63,488 nucleotides of DNA from Dimorphilus gyrociliatus. Its lineage: Eukaryota > Animalia > Annelida. How positions within the stretch are numbered: position 1 is the first letter of the stretch; every line of letters begins with the position of its first letter. A model generated the notes under the pieces. It made no database searches, was not told the origin of the DNA, and was given only the letters and a program-made list of their open reading frames with translations. A program made the translations under genes and the position numbers. The stretch is from assembly GCA_904063045.1 (NCBI GenBank), contig CAJFCJ010000062.1, forward strand, positions 1 to 63,488, written 5' to 3'. Of this stretch, positions 51,303 to 63,269 are shown piece by piece.

Positions 51303-51880
51303 TATTCTGTCGTTCTAATTGTTTGTTAAGACAAGAGAAAAAATGAAAGAAGATTAAGAAGAAAGCAAATACTTACTCGATCGATACCCGGCATTTTATA
51401 CATAAAAACCAAAAAGTAAATAATGAGAGGAGCAAAAAAAACACAATATACAGTATATAGTGTATATATATACACGTCTATATACCCTATATTATAGAAA
51501 AAAGCTTTATTCGTGCACTTGTATTATATTTATTTTGTTCCATCTTGCATTCCCTTACGAAAGTATTTATTTACATATTTTGCTGCTTTTTTCTGGTATT
51601 TGTTCTCCTATTTTTGTATTAAATATCAAACTTTCTTTTCTTTTTGTTTTTGTTGATATTTTTCAAAGGAAGACGACAATAAACTAAAATAAAGTTTCCT
51701 TTTTGTCAACGTTAAAGAAAAGAGAAAACATTTTTTGTTCATAAATTTAACCCAAAAAAAAGACATTTTATTTGATTTTTTTGTCAGTAACACTTGCCTT
51801 TAAAAGGCAAATTAGCAATCGTTTCATGTTTTTTAGACACAGAAAAAAAGAGTATGCAAGAGTTTTCTTTTTTTGTTATC

Positions 51881-54511
51881 CTATGAATATTTCTCTGATA
51901 GTTTAACACTCGAATGAGGTTTGTGCAATTCAAATATATAAATATGGTTCTGTCCGGGGAACATGAATGATTCGGATATAAATAATCTAGTCTGAGGTCC
52001 CCGATTCCAGTATCTGCCAATTATTTTTGAATTAACCATTACCAGTCCCCTATTCCAGTGTTTCATATCGATATATGTATCGTGAGGTCTGCCGATTATC
52101 ATAATAGATATCTTGAACAACGATGGCGCCTCCATTTTTCCGTGAAAGAATTCCCAATTTTTCGAATAATTCAACATTTTTGCAAACTTCTACTCAATTT
52201 TGGATTTTAAAGTGTGGTATTTCTCTTTTAATTGATGTTTGTTCTTTTTTTTTACTAGTTTAATATTTAAATAATAAACACCACACAAAAAAATCCAACC
52301 TCGTTAAAATTCAAGTTTCCTATCTTATAACCAATTAATTGCACGTTGTTAATTAATACACGACCTCTTAAGCCTTTCCTTTGATCGTTCAATCTTGATG
52401 GTGCGTAAACTCTTCCGCAATTTTCAATAAATATATCTAAAATGTTACTCTTCTCCAAAGTCACTTTGTCCAGTCTTACGGGTTTACTAAGTATTGCTAC
52501 AATGTTGTCAACTTTTTGTAACGTTTTGTTGTTTATAATAACTAAACCGTAATCATGAAGGGCCCCGATAAAGTTCATTTCCTTTCCTCTCATAAATGTT
52601 GTCCTGTAAATAATATATCCGAAATCGTATCCCATAACTTCCATGGGAAGAACGTCTCTCTTCGATGTCATCGTTGGTCTTTTAAAGTATCGCCGAGCTA
52701 TTAAATTTATGTAAATATTTCATGAGGGAGGGAGGCAGTTGGTGTATTTGTATGTGTGCGTGTGCGTGTGTGTGTGTGTCTGTGTGTATGTGTGAATGTG
52801 TGTATGCATGTGTGTGTATTTATATATACACGTGTAGGTGTGCTGTTTTTGTTTTCCTTTTCTCTCATTTTTCCCTTATAGTAAACGAATTTGAGTTAAA
52901 GAGAAAGCAAAAATCTTATGCTTATACGCATATGTATATGCAAATATACATACACGCATCCACCTATCGACGCACCAACCCATACTCACACCTATACTAG
53001 TTTAAATTTAGTAATGATAATTATTATTGTGGATGAATTGTTCGGCGTCACTTTAAAATATCAATAATGCTCTGGTAAGGCATATAGCTAGTTATTTCAT
53101 ATTTCCCATAATTTCTGGAAGGATAATTTAAAGGTGGTGGAGGACCTCCGTCAACAGAAATTTTTGTATCTTTAAGAGCCGATCTGATAACAAAATATTT
53201 CTGTTCGTATTCTCCACTTTCAGTAACTGGTGCATCGGAGAAAAAGGTCGTCAAGTCGAACTGAAGTTGAGAGTCTGTATAATTAATTGCGCCCGAATTA
53301 AATCCATAATTCGTCCCTCCGATAAACGGATGGAAAACAAACGAAGTTCCTAAAACAACGCTTCTATAAAGTCTGTTTCTAAATTCGGTAAGGTTCAATT
53401 GCTCGTATTTCATTGCCCATTTCATGTTATGAGCAGTTGGTAGGGCCATAAGAAGAACGGGAACATCTGGTTGAATAGATCTTAACTTTACGACAGCCGA
53501 AGTTATATCTTCATGAGGAGAATCGATTAGTAGACATTTAATCGTTTGAGGGACTCGATCTCGGCCAATAAAATTTACACGATCTGCCAGAAATATTATC
53601 TCGTCTAAACTATTCTTTCGAAATTGAATAACGAGAAAATTCAAATAAGTATCATCTTTGAGATATAGACCAAAACCGTGTTCAACTTGAAAAGCTATTA
53701 TTGGCCCTCCATAGAAAGAGTATACATATGGGAAAATATCGTCTATTAACGCCTGCATATAACTTCTAACTGGATTTAAAAAAGTTTCGTTCGAAGATCT
53801 AATTTTATGTTTAATATTTTCCTTTAAAAGCCACGAAGGTAAACCACCCCAATCCAATCCATTCTCTACAAAGGGTCCAACTTGAAGAATTACATAAAGT
53901 TTTAGGCTCTTTATCATCTCTAAGAAATTCTTAAGCGAGGTGAAATTCTTTTTGCCCTTGATTCTTTCGTGAATATTCCAAGGTACAGGAAAGACGACCG
54001 TGTTTAAACCGGCAGCCTTCATTTTAAGTAATCGATCATACCAACTAGATTCAGGAGTTCGAAAGTAGTGAAAAGTTCCTGAAAGAGTTTTAAAAAAAGT
54101 TTATCAGTAAATTCTTCTCAGAGATATTTATGTAGAGCTGATATAAAGGAAAACAGGAGAATTGAACAAACCTCCTGCAATTCTGAATGGTTGCTGGTCA
54201 AAGAGAAACTCATTTCCTTCAGCTGTTAAACCTTTATGTGCCCTAGGAGGAAGCTTTCTTGTGGTAGGAATTCTTGAAGTAGTAGACGGTGGCGGTGGTT
54301 GGGTAACATCTTGAGCTAATAGAATGTGGTCTACACCTCCCTGACGTTTTCTGGCTTCGGGAAGAATCTCAATGTCCTTTTGCCATGAGTAAGTAACCGG
54401 TTCGTAGTCTTCTTCTCGATAAGAGTCCAAGAAGATATTAAAAAAGAACCAGGCGGCTGTCACGAACAGGGTGAATCTAATAAATTTTTTTAGAGTTTTT
54501 GTTCGCACCAT
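51881..54511 (-). CDS. GH35 beta-galactosidase-1-like protein with N-terminal membrane anchor, predicted catalytically inactive, about 684 aa; exons 54511-54172, 54078-53052, about 52678-52300, 52189-51881
   Basis: GH35 motifs GTFHYFRTP, KMKAAGLNTV...VPWNIHE, WGGLPSWLL, YGGPIIAFQVE, GGTNYGFNSGA, DTYIDMKHWNRGLVMVN...GRYW..GPQ. The acceptor of exon 3 is uncertain. Confidence 0.88.
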
Positions 54512-55229
54512 CTTGCACGAAAGGACTGGCGGATTGCTGATAGCACTAAATCAATCTACTCAATAAAATTTAACTCACCTTGAGTAATAATTCAGCCTAG
54601 ATATATCTATATATATTAGTACTTATGTACAAAATTCTAAATATTGAGGATAAGAATTAAAGATTCAATGAAGCGATTGAAATTGTTAAAGATTCTTTTT
54701 TATAGTAAATACGAATATGTGTATACAAAGATATATATATATATATATATATATATCACAAATATATATACAATCCTTAGCATATGATATGTTATGTATA
54801 AATTATATAAACTTCAATAGATGCAGAATTTTCATTAGACAAATAGAAACAGAAATATAAACAACTTAATCACCACCTTTAGAACAAAAACAGTTTTCAT
54901 ACAGACGTTAGCATAAACTTTATATTAAACATAACACAATATACTGTTGATCAGAAAATGTACAACTTGCACAGCTTTATTATAGTTTCAATTATTTGCA
55001 TATTCTTTTTAATAACACACTACATATCACCAACAGTTTGTAGCCCTTAATATTGTACTTGTACCGATAATATTATCATGAGAAGAACCTATACAATAAT
55101 ATTGTAAATTCTTGACTTGTTTATTTACTAATATCCAAAATAATACAAATTTTTTAAATAGTAATTTAAATATTACAGCGAGGCGACATCTGTAACAAAT
55201 TTCGATTTTTATTAACAATAGCTAACTGT

Positions 55230-57570
55230 TTAATCAACATGAACCACACTGTAAATTTTTCGCACAAACCAGAAAGATGCCAAGAATCCTATTGTTCCAG
55301 TTAAAATGAAGAATAGGAACGTCATAATAAACGTATAACCAAAATAGAGAAAAGTGCTTACAAAAGTGTTAATCTGTAGCTTACTAGAATAGTAATGAAT
55401 GGAATATATAAAGAAATAGAAAGCGGTAAAGCCAGATGTGAAAAATGAACGCCACCACCAATGATAGTCCTCAGCGCACAAGTGAAAGTAGCACAAAAGT
55501 ATCGTTGCTTCAGAACATGTTACGAGAAGTATAACGAAAACAAGTAGGAGGAACCCAAACATGTAGTAGGTTTCGTGAGACCATATCGAATTAAGGATGA
55601 AGAAAAGTTGAATAAATATGCATCCGAAAGGTAAAATTCCACCCATAACAATCCCGGGCAGGGGACGAGTGTAGAACGATTGATCTGGAATTTGACGAGG
55701 GATCTGATTTGTTCTTACTGGGTGTTCAATGGCCTGAAGATAATTTTAATAGCGTTAAAAAAGTTTTTTAATCTCATTAAACATTCAAAACAAATTCGAA
55801 ATTCTCTACTTACTTTCTTTTTAAATCCAAAATATGCGCCAACGAAGCTCAAAGGTACAGATATACCAAACCATAACGCCAATAGAGCTATTAGCGTAGT
55901 AAATGGAACTGCAGCAGAACTTCCTTCACCCCACATAATCAAATTTAGCACGAAAAAAACTCCAAAGGTAATTCCTGGTACTAGGAATGCGGTTAGAAGG
56001 ACATTTGATTTCCATTTTTCACCTCCAAACATCTTATATATTCTGGCACTTACAAATCCGGCTGGTGTACCCAAACAAACGTATAATACAAGAACGCACG
56101 TCATTAATGAACCACGGTTGGCCGGTGAAAGAAATCCAAGGCATGCAAACAAAAGGGTTATAACAACCATACAGATAATTTGAATTCCATTTCCAACAAA
56201 AACTGAGAGAATCATTCCCTTACGAGGTGATCTAAAAACATCGCCGTGAACTAGTTTCCATCCAAATTCTTCTCTAGCATCTTCAGAATTATCCAATTGG
56301 TTATATCTTGCAATATCTTTGTGTAAAGTTCTCAGCATTATCATAGCTACCATACCAGATAAAAATAAAACAATTACAAGAGAGTTCATAATTGAAAACC
56401 ATTGAATATTGGAATGTGGCATAGATTCTAATATATAATCCCATCTGCTTGACCACTTTACTGTGTTATTTTCTACAAATGTAACAGAATACGTATAACT
56501 AATCTTAACGTCATTATCTGTATTTTTAAAGCCAAAAGTTGGTAGAGAGTCGCCTCCACCTTCGCAATATGGGACTCCATTCGCATCATGATGATGCTTT
56601 ACACTCCGTGGGATTATTTTTGCCTTAATTAGTCGTCCACCAGGAGTACCACTGAGGCTTTTTCCCCAGTCTTCTTTTTCACCATTATGATATTCAATAA
56701 TAATATCAACATGATTAAACAAATAAAATGTGTTTGCTTGACTATACGAGTTAGACGACGAGCAATGGTCCATTCCCTTGCCATTTTTGTTTACATAGCA
56801 ACCAACAGGAAATCCAGTTGTGCAAAATGGTTTACCACCAGCAGTATTGTAACACCAAGCTAGAGGCATATTATCAATAATCCAATGATGTTTATAATGT
56901 TTCAAGATAGCTTGTTGGAGGAATTTTAACTTTTTATCATCATCTTTCTTCTGTCTACTATACGTTTTAGTACAGAGATGTTGACATTTTTCCGTCTTAT
57001 TGAATTTAAGCTGTTAATAGAGAATATAAAAAGATCAAATCAACGGTTGTTCTTGTAAAAACTAAATTAAAAGTTAAATAAGTAACTATTGAACAAAACA
57101 TTACTCACTTGATAAGGTGATGGTCTTATTCTCTCGCCAAATACGACCTGGCCTAAATTTTCTACAGGAGATTCTTTGTTAATAACGTCTTTCGGCGCTT
57201 GACAAAAATCGAAGCTAAAATAATTCAAATAATGAAATTTTTACAGTGAAACAACACAATATAACTTGAGAGAAAATTATTAAAAATGTTTTATCTATAA
57301 AATAATAATTACGCTGTATATTCAAAAGGTAGAACCGAATATACTGAATCCAGACGATTCACGTAAAGCTTTATATCAGACTGTCATAAATTAATAATGT
57401 AAGTAGTTATTAGATTTTTTTATAACAATAAAAAATTGTTCGAAGAAGACACTTACTTTGCATTTCTCTCCCTTGTTGCAATAAGTAACAGGTGCTAACC
57501 CGGGTAAATAGAATGCAGCAACGCTACCTAATAATGTTAATAGCCAACAGGCATTTATGAGTTTGTTCAT
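55230..57570 (-). CDS. TM9SF2: Transmembrane 9 superfamily member 2 (nonaspanin), about 662 aa; exons 57570-57457, 57380-57313, 57214-57109, 57010-55814, 55733-55230
   Basis: [80 protein letters not shown]-terminal KIYSVVHVD; phases consistent. Confidence 0.95.
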
Positions 57571-58690
57571 GATTTTTCTGGAGTATTGCTACTTCGTAGG
57601 GTGTGTGAATAGTCTAACCAGAATTCATCAAAAATGGCGAGCGAAAGACACGTCAACTTGAAATCTGGCTCGTGGTGCTTTTTGATTGTATAGGCGTATC
57701 TATTCTGCGGAATTCGGATCCATATAAGACCTTGTGAATTCTGATAAAAATTTTTTAAAAAATTACACTTTGATATACTAAGCACACTTATTTAACATAT
57801 CAAATCATCAAAGATAATCTAGACTATTATAATATCGCATTTTTCTTTGTAAAATGTACACTTGGACATTTACTTTACAGTTTTTATTTTATATTATGTA
57901 AAAGTCTATCTAAATCTTATTGTATGTGGTATTTAGCTATTCCCGAAAGCACATTGCAATTTACCGGCAATGGAAAGAGAAAATAAAGAGCAGTATTACT
58001 ACTTTAAAGTAGTGAATTAATAAGATGGTAACATAGCACTGCTCACAAATTCAAATAAGCAAACGAATTATTTTACATATTAAATAAATATCTACTTTGA
58101 TTTAGGTTGACATAATTATAGAGAACTTGAAAATGAATATGTATGAGTTAAGAGGTTCAAGTTCAATACATTCTTTTATCTCTGCACTCGGTATATAAGA
58201 ATGATAACTGGGGTATATAATAAAAAAAATGTTTCTTTTCTTCAGTACTACAGGAAAGACTATTTCTCTTTCTTAAAAACTATACATGGAGTGAAAAAAG
58301 AGTAGTTGAATACTATTTAGATAAGTTTAAAACTTTTAAAATAGTATACCCATATCGAATAAGTTTATTTGTTATTGTTATTATTGCTACTGTATATAGA
58401 ATGTTTTAATAATCTTAAGAGAACTTTAGATAAATATAGAAAGGAACGTTACATAAATACAAATGAAAATAGTATTGTTAAGGCTTTATATTTAAAGTAT
58501 TTATTTAAATGAAATAGATTTATTATATATTTTAATTAATAATATTTGTTTCATCAAACGTTTTTATTATTTAATATTAGGAAAAATATAAGTTAAATTC
58601 AGTATCAATCTGTCATTGTAAAAGCAAAGTCAGTTCATCTTGCATTCAATCACACCCGCCTTTTAGACATTCCTTTAAACACGTATCAAA

Positions 58691-61562
58691 ATGGCCGGCA
58701 TGAAATTCGAATATGATGAAAAAGGTGGAACGTTTTATTACTTCCTCATTTCTTTCTATGTTTTGGTGCTGATTCCTGCCACCTATTATGGATGGTTATT
58801 TATTCGAAAAAAGGGTTGGTAAATACCTATCAATATGGATGATTTTGCTAAAACAATATGTTTCATGTTCTTCTCTTTAGAAAATAAAGAAGTTTCGGAA
58901 AAGGACTGTAGGTGTTTACCTTGTTTAAATAAAGAGAAGCTACTGGAAACCACTCAACCAAAACAAAAAGTTAAACGACCATTAGTGTTAGTAATTTTAA
59001 TTAAAAATCCCTCCCTCCATGGTCTCTAATATTCAACAGAATGAGAAAAACAATGCTAACAGTGTTTTTCTCCACTTGATAAAAAATATATAAAGATTAT
59101 ATTATTGTTTTCTTTCTCATTTTCAATTCTAAAAATAATCTTAATTATAATTATAGAAATTATATTCCACTTTCTCTTTTTACAGCATTATATTGTTAAT
59201 AATTGGATGGAGCATATTCTTTTTCCTGGCCTATAAAACATCACAAATTGAATTAGACTATTCGGAATATGACCCTTACACAATATTGGAATTGGAAAGA
59301 GTAAATATATACATATAAATGCCTTATTACATACATTTTAATCAATTCTTAGTTTTCTAAATGCGGATAATTTCATTATTATTTTTTCAGGGATCGTCAG
59401 TTAAGGAGATTAAATCTCAATATCGCAAACTAAGTAAAAAACACCATCCTGATAAAGGGGGAGACCACAAAACTTTTATGAAAATTGCTAAAGCGTATGC
59501 AGCTCTGACAGACGAAGAGTCTCGTAAGAATTGGGAGGAATATGGAAATCCTGATGGACCTACAGCTACAAATTTTGGTATTGCGTTACCAATCTGGATT
59601 GTAGAAAAGCAAAACTCTATGTGGGTTTTAGGATTATACGCTCTCGTTTTTATGATTATTTTACCCGTTGTCGTTGGTACTTGGTGGTATCGTTCAATTC
59701 AATTTAGTGGAGACCAAGTACTTTTGGACACTATGAAATTTTATGGGCAATTTTTTAGTAGAACACCTAATATGACTCTGAAAAGAATTTTAATGATATT
59801 AGGCGGCAGCTTTGAATTTTCTAAATTCTATAACAAGGATATCATTGACAGAGAATCGGATAATATAGAAATACCTCAATTGATGAAAGAATTACCTAAT
59901 CTTAATGAAAAGAATAAGGAAAAGCCATTTAATCTATCTTATAGTTTGAAAGCTAGAGCTTTAATTCACGCTCATTTGGGTAGAATATCCCTTCCTCCTA
60001 CAACGTTAGAGAATGATAAAAACTACGTTTTAGGAAAGTCATTAAATCTGGTCAATGAAATGATAAAAGTGATTACTCAAGTTATTAGTTATTTCAAAAC
60101 GACGCCAGATATGCAACTAAAGCTCCAAGATTGAACACTGTTGAATATTGTATAAAAATTTGTCAAATGTTAGTTCAAGCCTGTGGGATACAAAAAGTCC
60201 TTGCTGCAATTACCCATATAACGAAAAACGCTATCCATTTTGTAACGAAACGTAGATGTATAAAGACAATTAAACAATTTGTAGAAATGAAAAGTAAAGA
60301 AAGACGAGCGTTATTAAGAACCTTAAGTGATGCTGAATATAGGTAAGATTTTTAACAATTTTTCCATTACTTAATATTTTTTTAGAATTAATTAATTAAT
60401 TGTTTAAAATTTTTGTTATTCTTTTTTAAATAGAGACGTGATGAATGTTTGCGCAAGAATGCGATATAGATTTAAAAGCGGAGGTTGCCGTTAACGATGA
60501 AGAGGATAATTCAATTACTGCAAATTCTATTGTAACAGTTCGTGTGATTCTAGAAAGAAAACATTAGAACCAAATGAGAGTGATGAAGAAGATGAGAAAA
60601 GAGAAGACGCTGGAGATAAGATGGAAGAAGAAAGGAAAAAGTTGATGAAAAACAAAACCTTTGTGGCAGAAAGCTCAGAAAACGAAAAAGAAAAAGCTAA
60701 AAAGCCGAAAAGCAGGTAAAAAATATCTTAAAGAATATAAAATCTTTATTCAAACTATACTGTTTCTTCTGTACATTTAGGAACACGCACGGTTCTTGTA
60801 CCTGTTGTGAATAGAACAGAAAAGCTCGCTGAGGTAGCATCGAAGATAAAATAAAGAAAAAAGATGAGAATGAGAGTGGGGCAAGTGATGAAAGTGATAA
60901 GATTCGAAGACAGTCCAGAAGCAAAGAGATCACAAAACAATGAAAAGAAGGAAGACAATGACAGTGATTCAGTAGATGATGCAAATGATTCTGAAGAAAA
61001 TAATGAGGACGATAACGAGGAAGAGGATTGGGTAGGAAAATTTTCAGACGAAAGAAGAAAGAGAATTCCTTTGAAACTAAATCAAAAGAAACTCATTTAG
61101 TTCATTGTCCTATTATCCGTTAGATAAATACGAATGGTGGTACCTATACGTAGCAGATAAAAAAAACAGCAGCTCATTTCTATGCCTAAGCATGTTCAAA
61201 GTTTAAAAGATTATGAGGAAGTGGAGTTACAATTCGCGGCTCCTACAAAGCCTGATGTATATACTATTCTGTTTGTTTAATGAGCGATTCTTACATGAGT
61301 TTCGACTAACCAAAACATAAAGGTAAAGATTTTTATATCAGAAATTTATGTAGAAAAATTATTTTATGCGACTCTTAAAAAAGTTGTAAGCAGAATTATG
61401 TACACTTTTTGTTTTCTTAACCACAGTTGGATGTTAAAAAAGCTAAGCAAGTCCTTGATCATCCTCAATGGCAGAAAATCGACGAAGACGAGGGCAAAGA
61501 AATTCAAGTAATGACGATGAAGATTCCTCAGATAATGATGACTATGATGATTCGATGACTAA
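58691..61562 (+). CDS. SEC63: Translocation protein SEC63 (DNAJC23); exons 58691-58814, 58881-58986, 59186-59300, 59391-60342, 60434-60715, 60781-61322, 61427-about 61562; 3' half carries multiple apparent sequencing frameshifts
   Basis: MAGMKFEYDEKGGTFYYF, J-domain YRKLSKKHHPDKGGD, NWEEYGNPDGP, FGIALPIWIV, KARALIHAHL. Sec63-domain fragments (WDTKSP/LLQLPHI, EWWYLYVAD, MSDSYM, DHPQW) are recoverable only by frame switching after about 60120. Confidence 0.93.
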
Positions 61563-62260
61563 TTATAAAAAAGTGAATTTTTTGTCAACTGATTATAGTA
61601 CAGGTATTAGTTGAAAATACTAATAAATGTTTTTGTTTCTTCTGTATACATGATAAAAGAAGAGAATAAGGTTAAGTTTTAGATGTATTTAACTTATTGT
61701 ACAATGGGCCATGTATACAGTTCGAAAGATCCGTATAAAGTAAATTGTTTAGGGAAATGCCTTTCAAAGGCCTTTTATATAAGCGTCCAAATTGTTTGTA
61801 ACCGAAAGAATTGTAATTTTGTTGATAAAAAGAAATAGTTCTATCATGTTGATTGAACAAATCACTAATGTTTTCTATTATTCCTATTACTATATTATTA
61901 TCATTATCATTTTCAAAGTAATACAACAAATATTCCATCATATCATTTGAATTAATAATTTTCTTAGTAAGATTATTAGGTGTCATTAAGAGAGACGAGG
62001 CTAATTAAATCTAGATCAACTGATGTAGGAGATGGTTGTTTTTATTTACAGAACTTATTACGATAATAACAATATCATCATCGTAAGCGTTTTATATACA
62101 AAACACTACTGTACATTGTAAGTTATTTGTTGTCTAATTTTCATATGGTTGGGCGATAAAATGCGAATTAAGATGGGAGAAAAAAAGACGTCTACTTATA
62201 ATTTATTAATGAAAAATGTCATAATTTTAAAAATAAAAGAAAAAGGAAATATTGTCAACA

Positions 62261-62897
62261 TCAAAGTTCCGTTTTACCATTTTCTTCTAACAAATACTGC
62301 ATGTAACCAACTTTCTTATACTTTGTTAAATATAGCTTTGTAAACATATTATCCAAGCTTTGCAGTTGATCATCCGACAATCCTGCCTGTCAGATAGATA
62401 GTTTAATAGAACAAAAAAGAAAGTTTTTACTATTGTTTCAAGTAAAATAAATGTTATTTTACTAAAAATATAATGATATAATGTAACAGATAAGAAATTA
62501 GAAAAAAAATATGCCAACTTACAACGTCATGCGTCATATCTTGGTCCATTAATTCTTGGGTAGCCATTGCCCTAGAAATCTTTTCCAGCCATCATGTGGT
62601 AATTTCCACAGGGCCGTAGAATCGTCTTCCTTCGGAAATCGAAAACACACTTTAACAGCCAAATATACGGCTTTTCTGTCTGTTGCAAATAGAGATAAGT
62701 TTATATACAATATATATGTTCAATTTCTCACACAGTATTCTAATAAACATTTAATAAAATATTTACATCTTTTCCATTGTATTGGCTGAGCTCTTCGTGA
62801 CTAAAACAGGTAGTTCCTATCTATATCAATTTTTAACGGGCTGTAGCCGCAATGAATAACGCAAATAAGCCACAGCGAAACTACTTGTATCCAACAT
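62261..62897 (-). CDS. NENF: Neudesin (cytochrome b5-like heme/steroid-binding MAPR protein); exons about 62897-62767, 62679-62523, 62386-62261; frameshifted in this sequence
   Basis: Not in the ORF track. Pieced across frames: signal peptide, FSHEELSQYNGKD|TEK(P)VYLAVK, SEGRRFYGP-GNYHMMAGKD-SRAMATQELMDQDMTHDV|AGLSDDQLQSLDNMFTKLYLTKYKKVGY...KTEL*. This matches the neudesin pattern FTEEEL..Y...PIYLAVKG..FYG...Y....GKD; GT-AG junctions. Confidence 0.85.
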
Positions 62898-63269
62898 TTT
62901 AACGTGAAGAATATATTCGTATGATAAAGATAAAAATATTGTTATCTGTCGACTCACTGCGAACCTATTTAAGTTAATTTATTACTAATGCTCACTAGTT
63001 TTACTAGATGTATTAATATCTGTGGATCAAAGTACTAATTTCTTATATCTCTCCGTTTTATTGCTATTTCTACTATTATCACAATTAATATGATGCTATA
63101 ATGAAAAATATACAAAAAGAGGGAAAAAGAGAGAGATAGAGAGACACAGAGAGAGAGAGAGAGAGAGAAGATAAAGGTTTACCATATGGAAAGAAACAAG
63201 CTTTTCTTATACATTTCACTGATACATTGTTATAGGCAAATATTTCTAGTTTTATAGAAACAATTGCCT

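Noticed and set aside
55680-56183. 167-aa plus-strand ORF
   Set aside because: Antisense shadow of the TM9SF2 coding exon; the same applies to 29748-29984 over the nitrilase and 21381-21662 over the CAP gene.
60110-61562. Programmed ribosomal frameshifting or true pseudogenisation of SEC63
   Set aside because: Too many shifts, nearly all single-base losses in short runs, extending into two unrelated neighbours while amino acids stay conserved. Sequencing error is far more economical.
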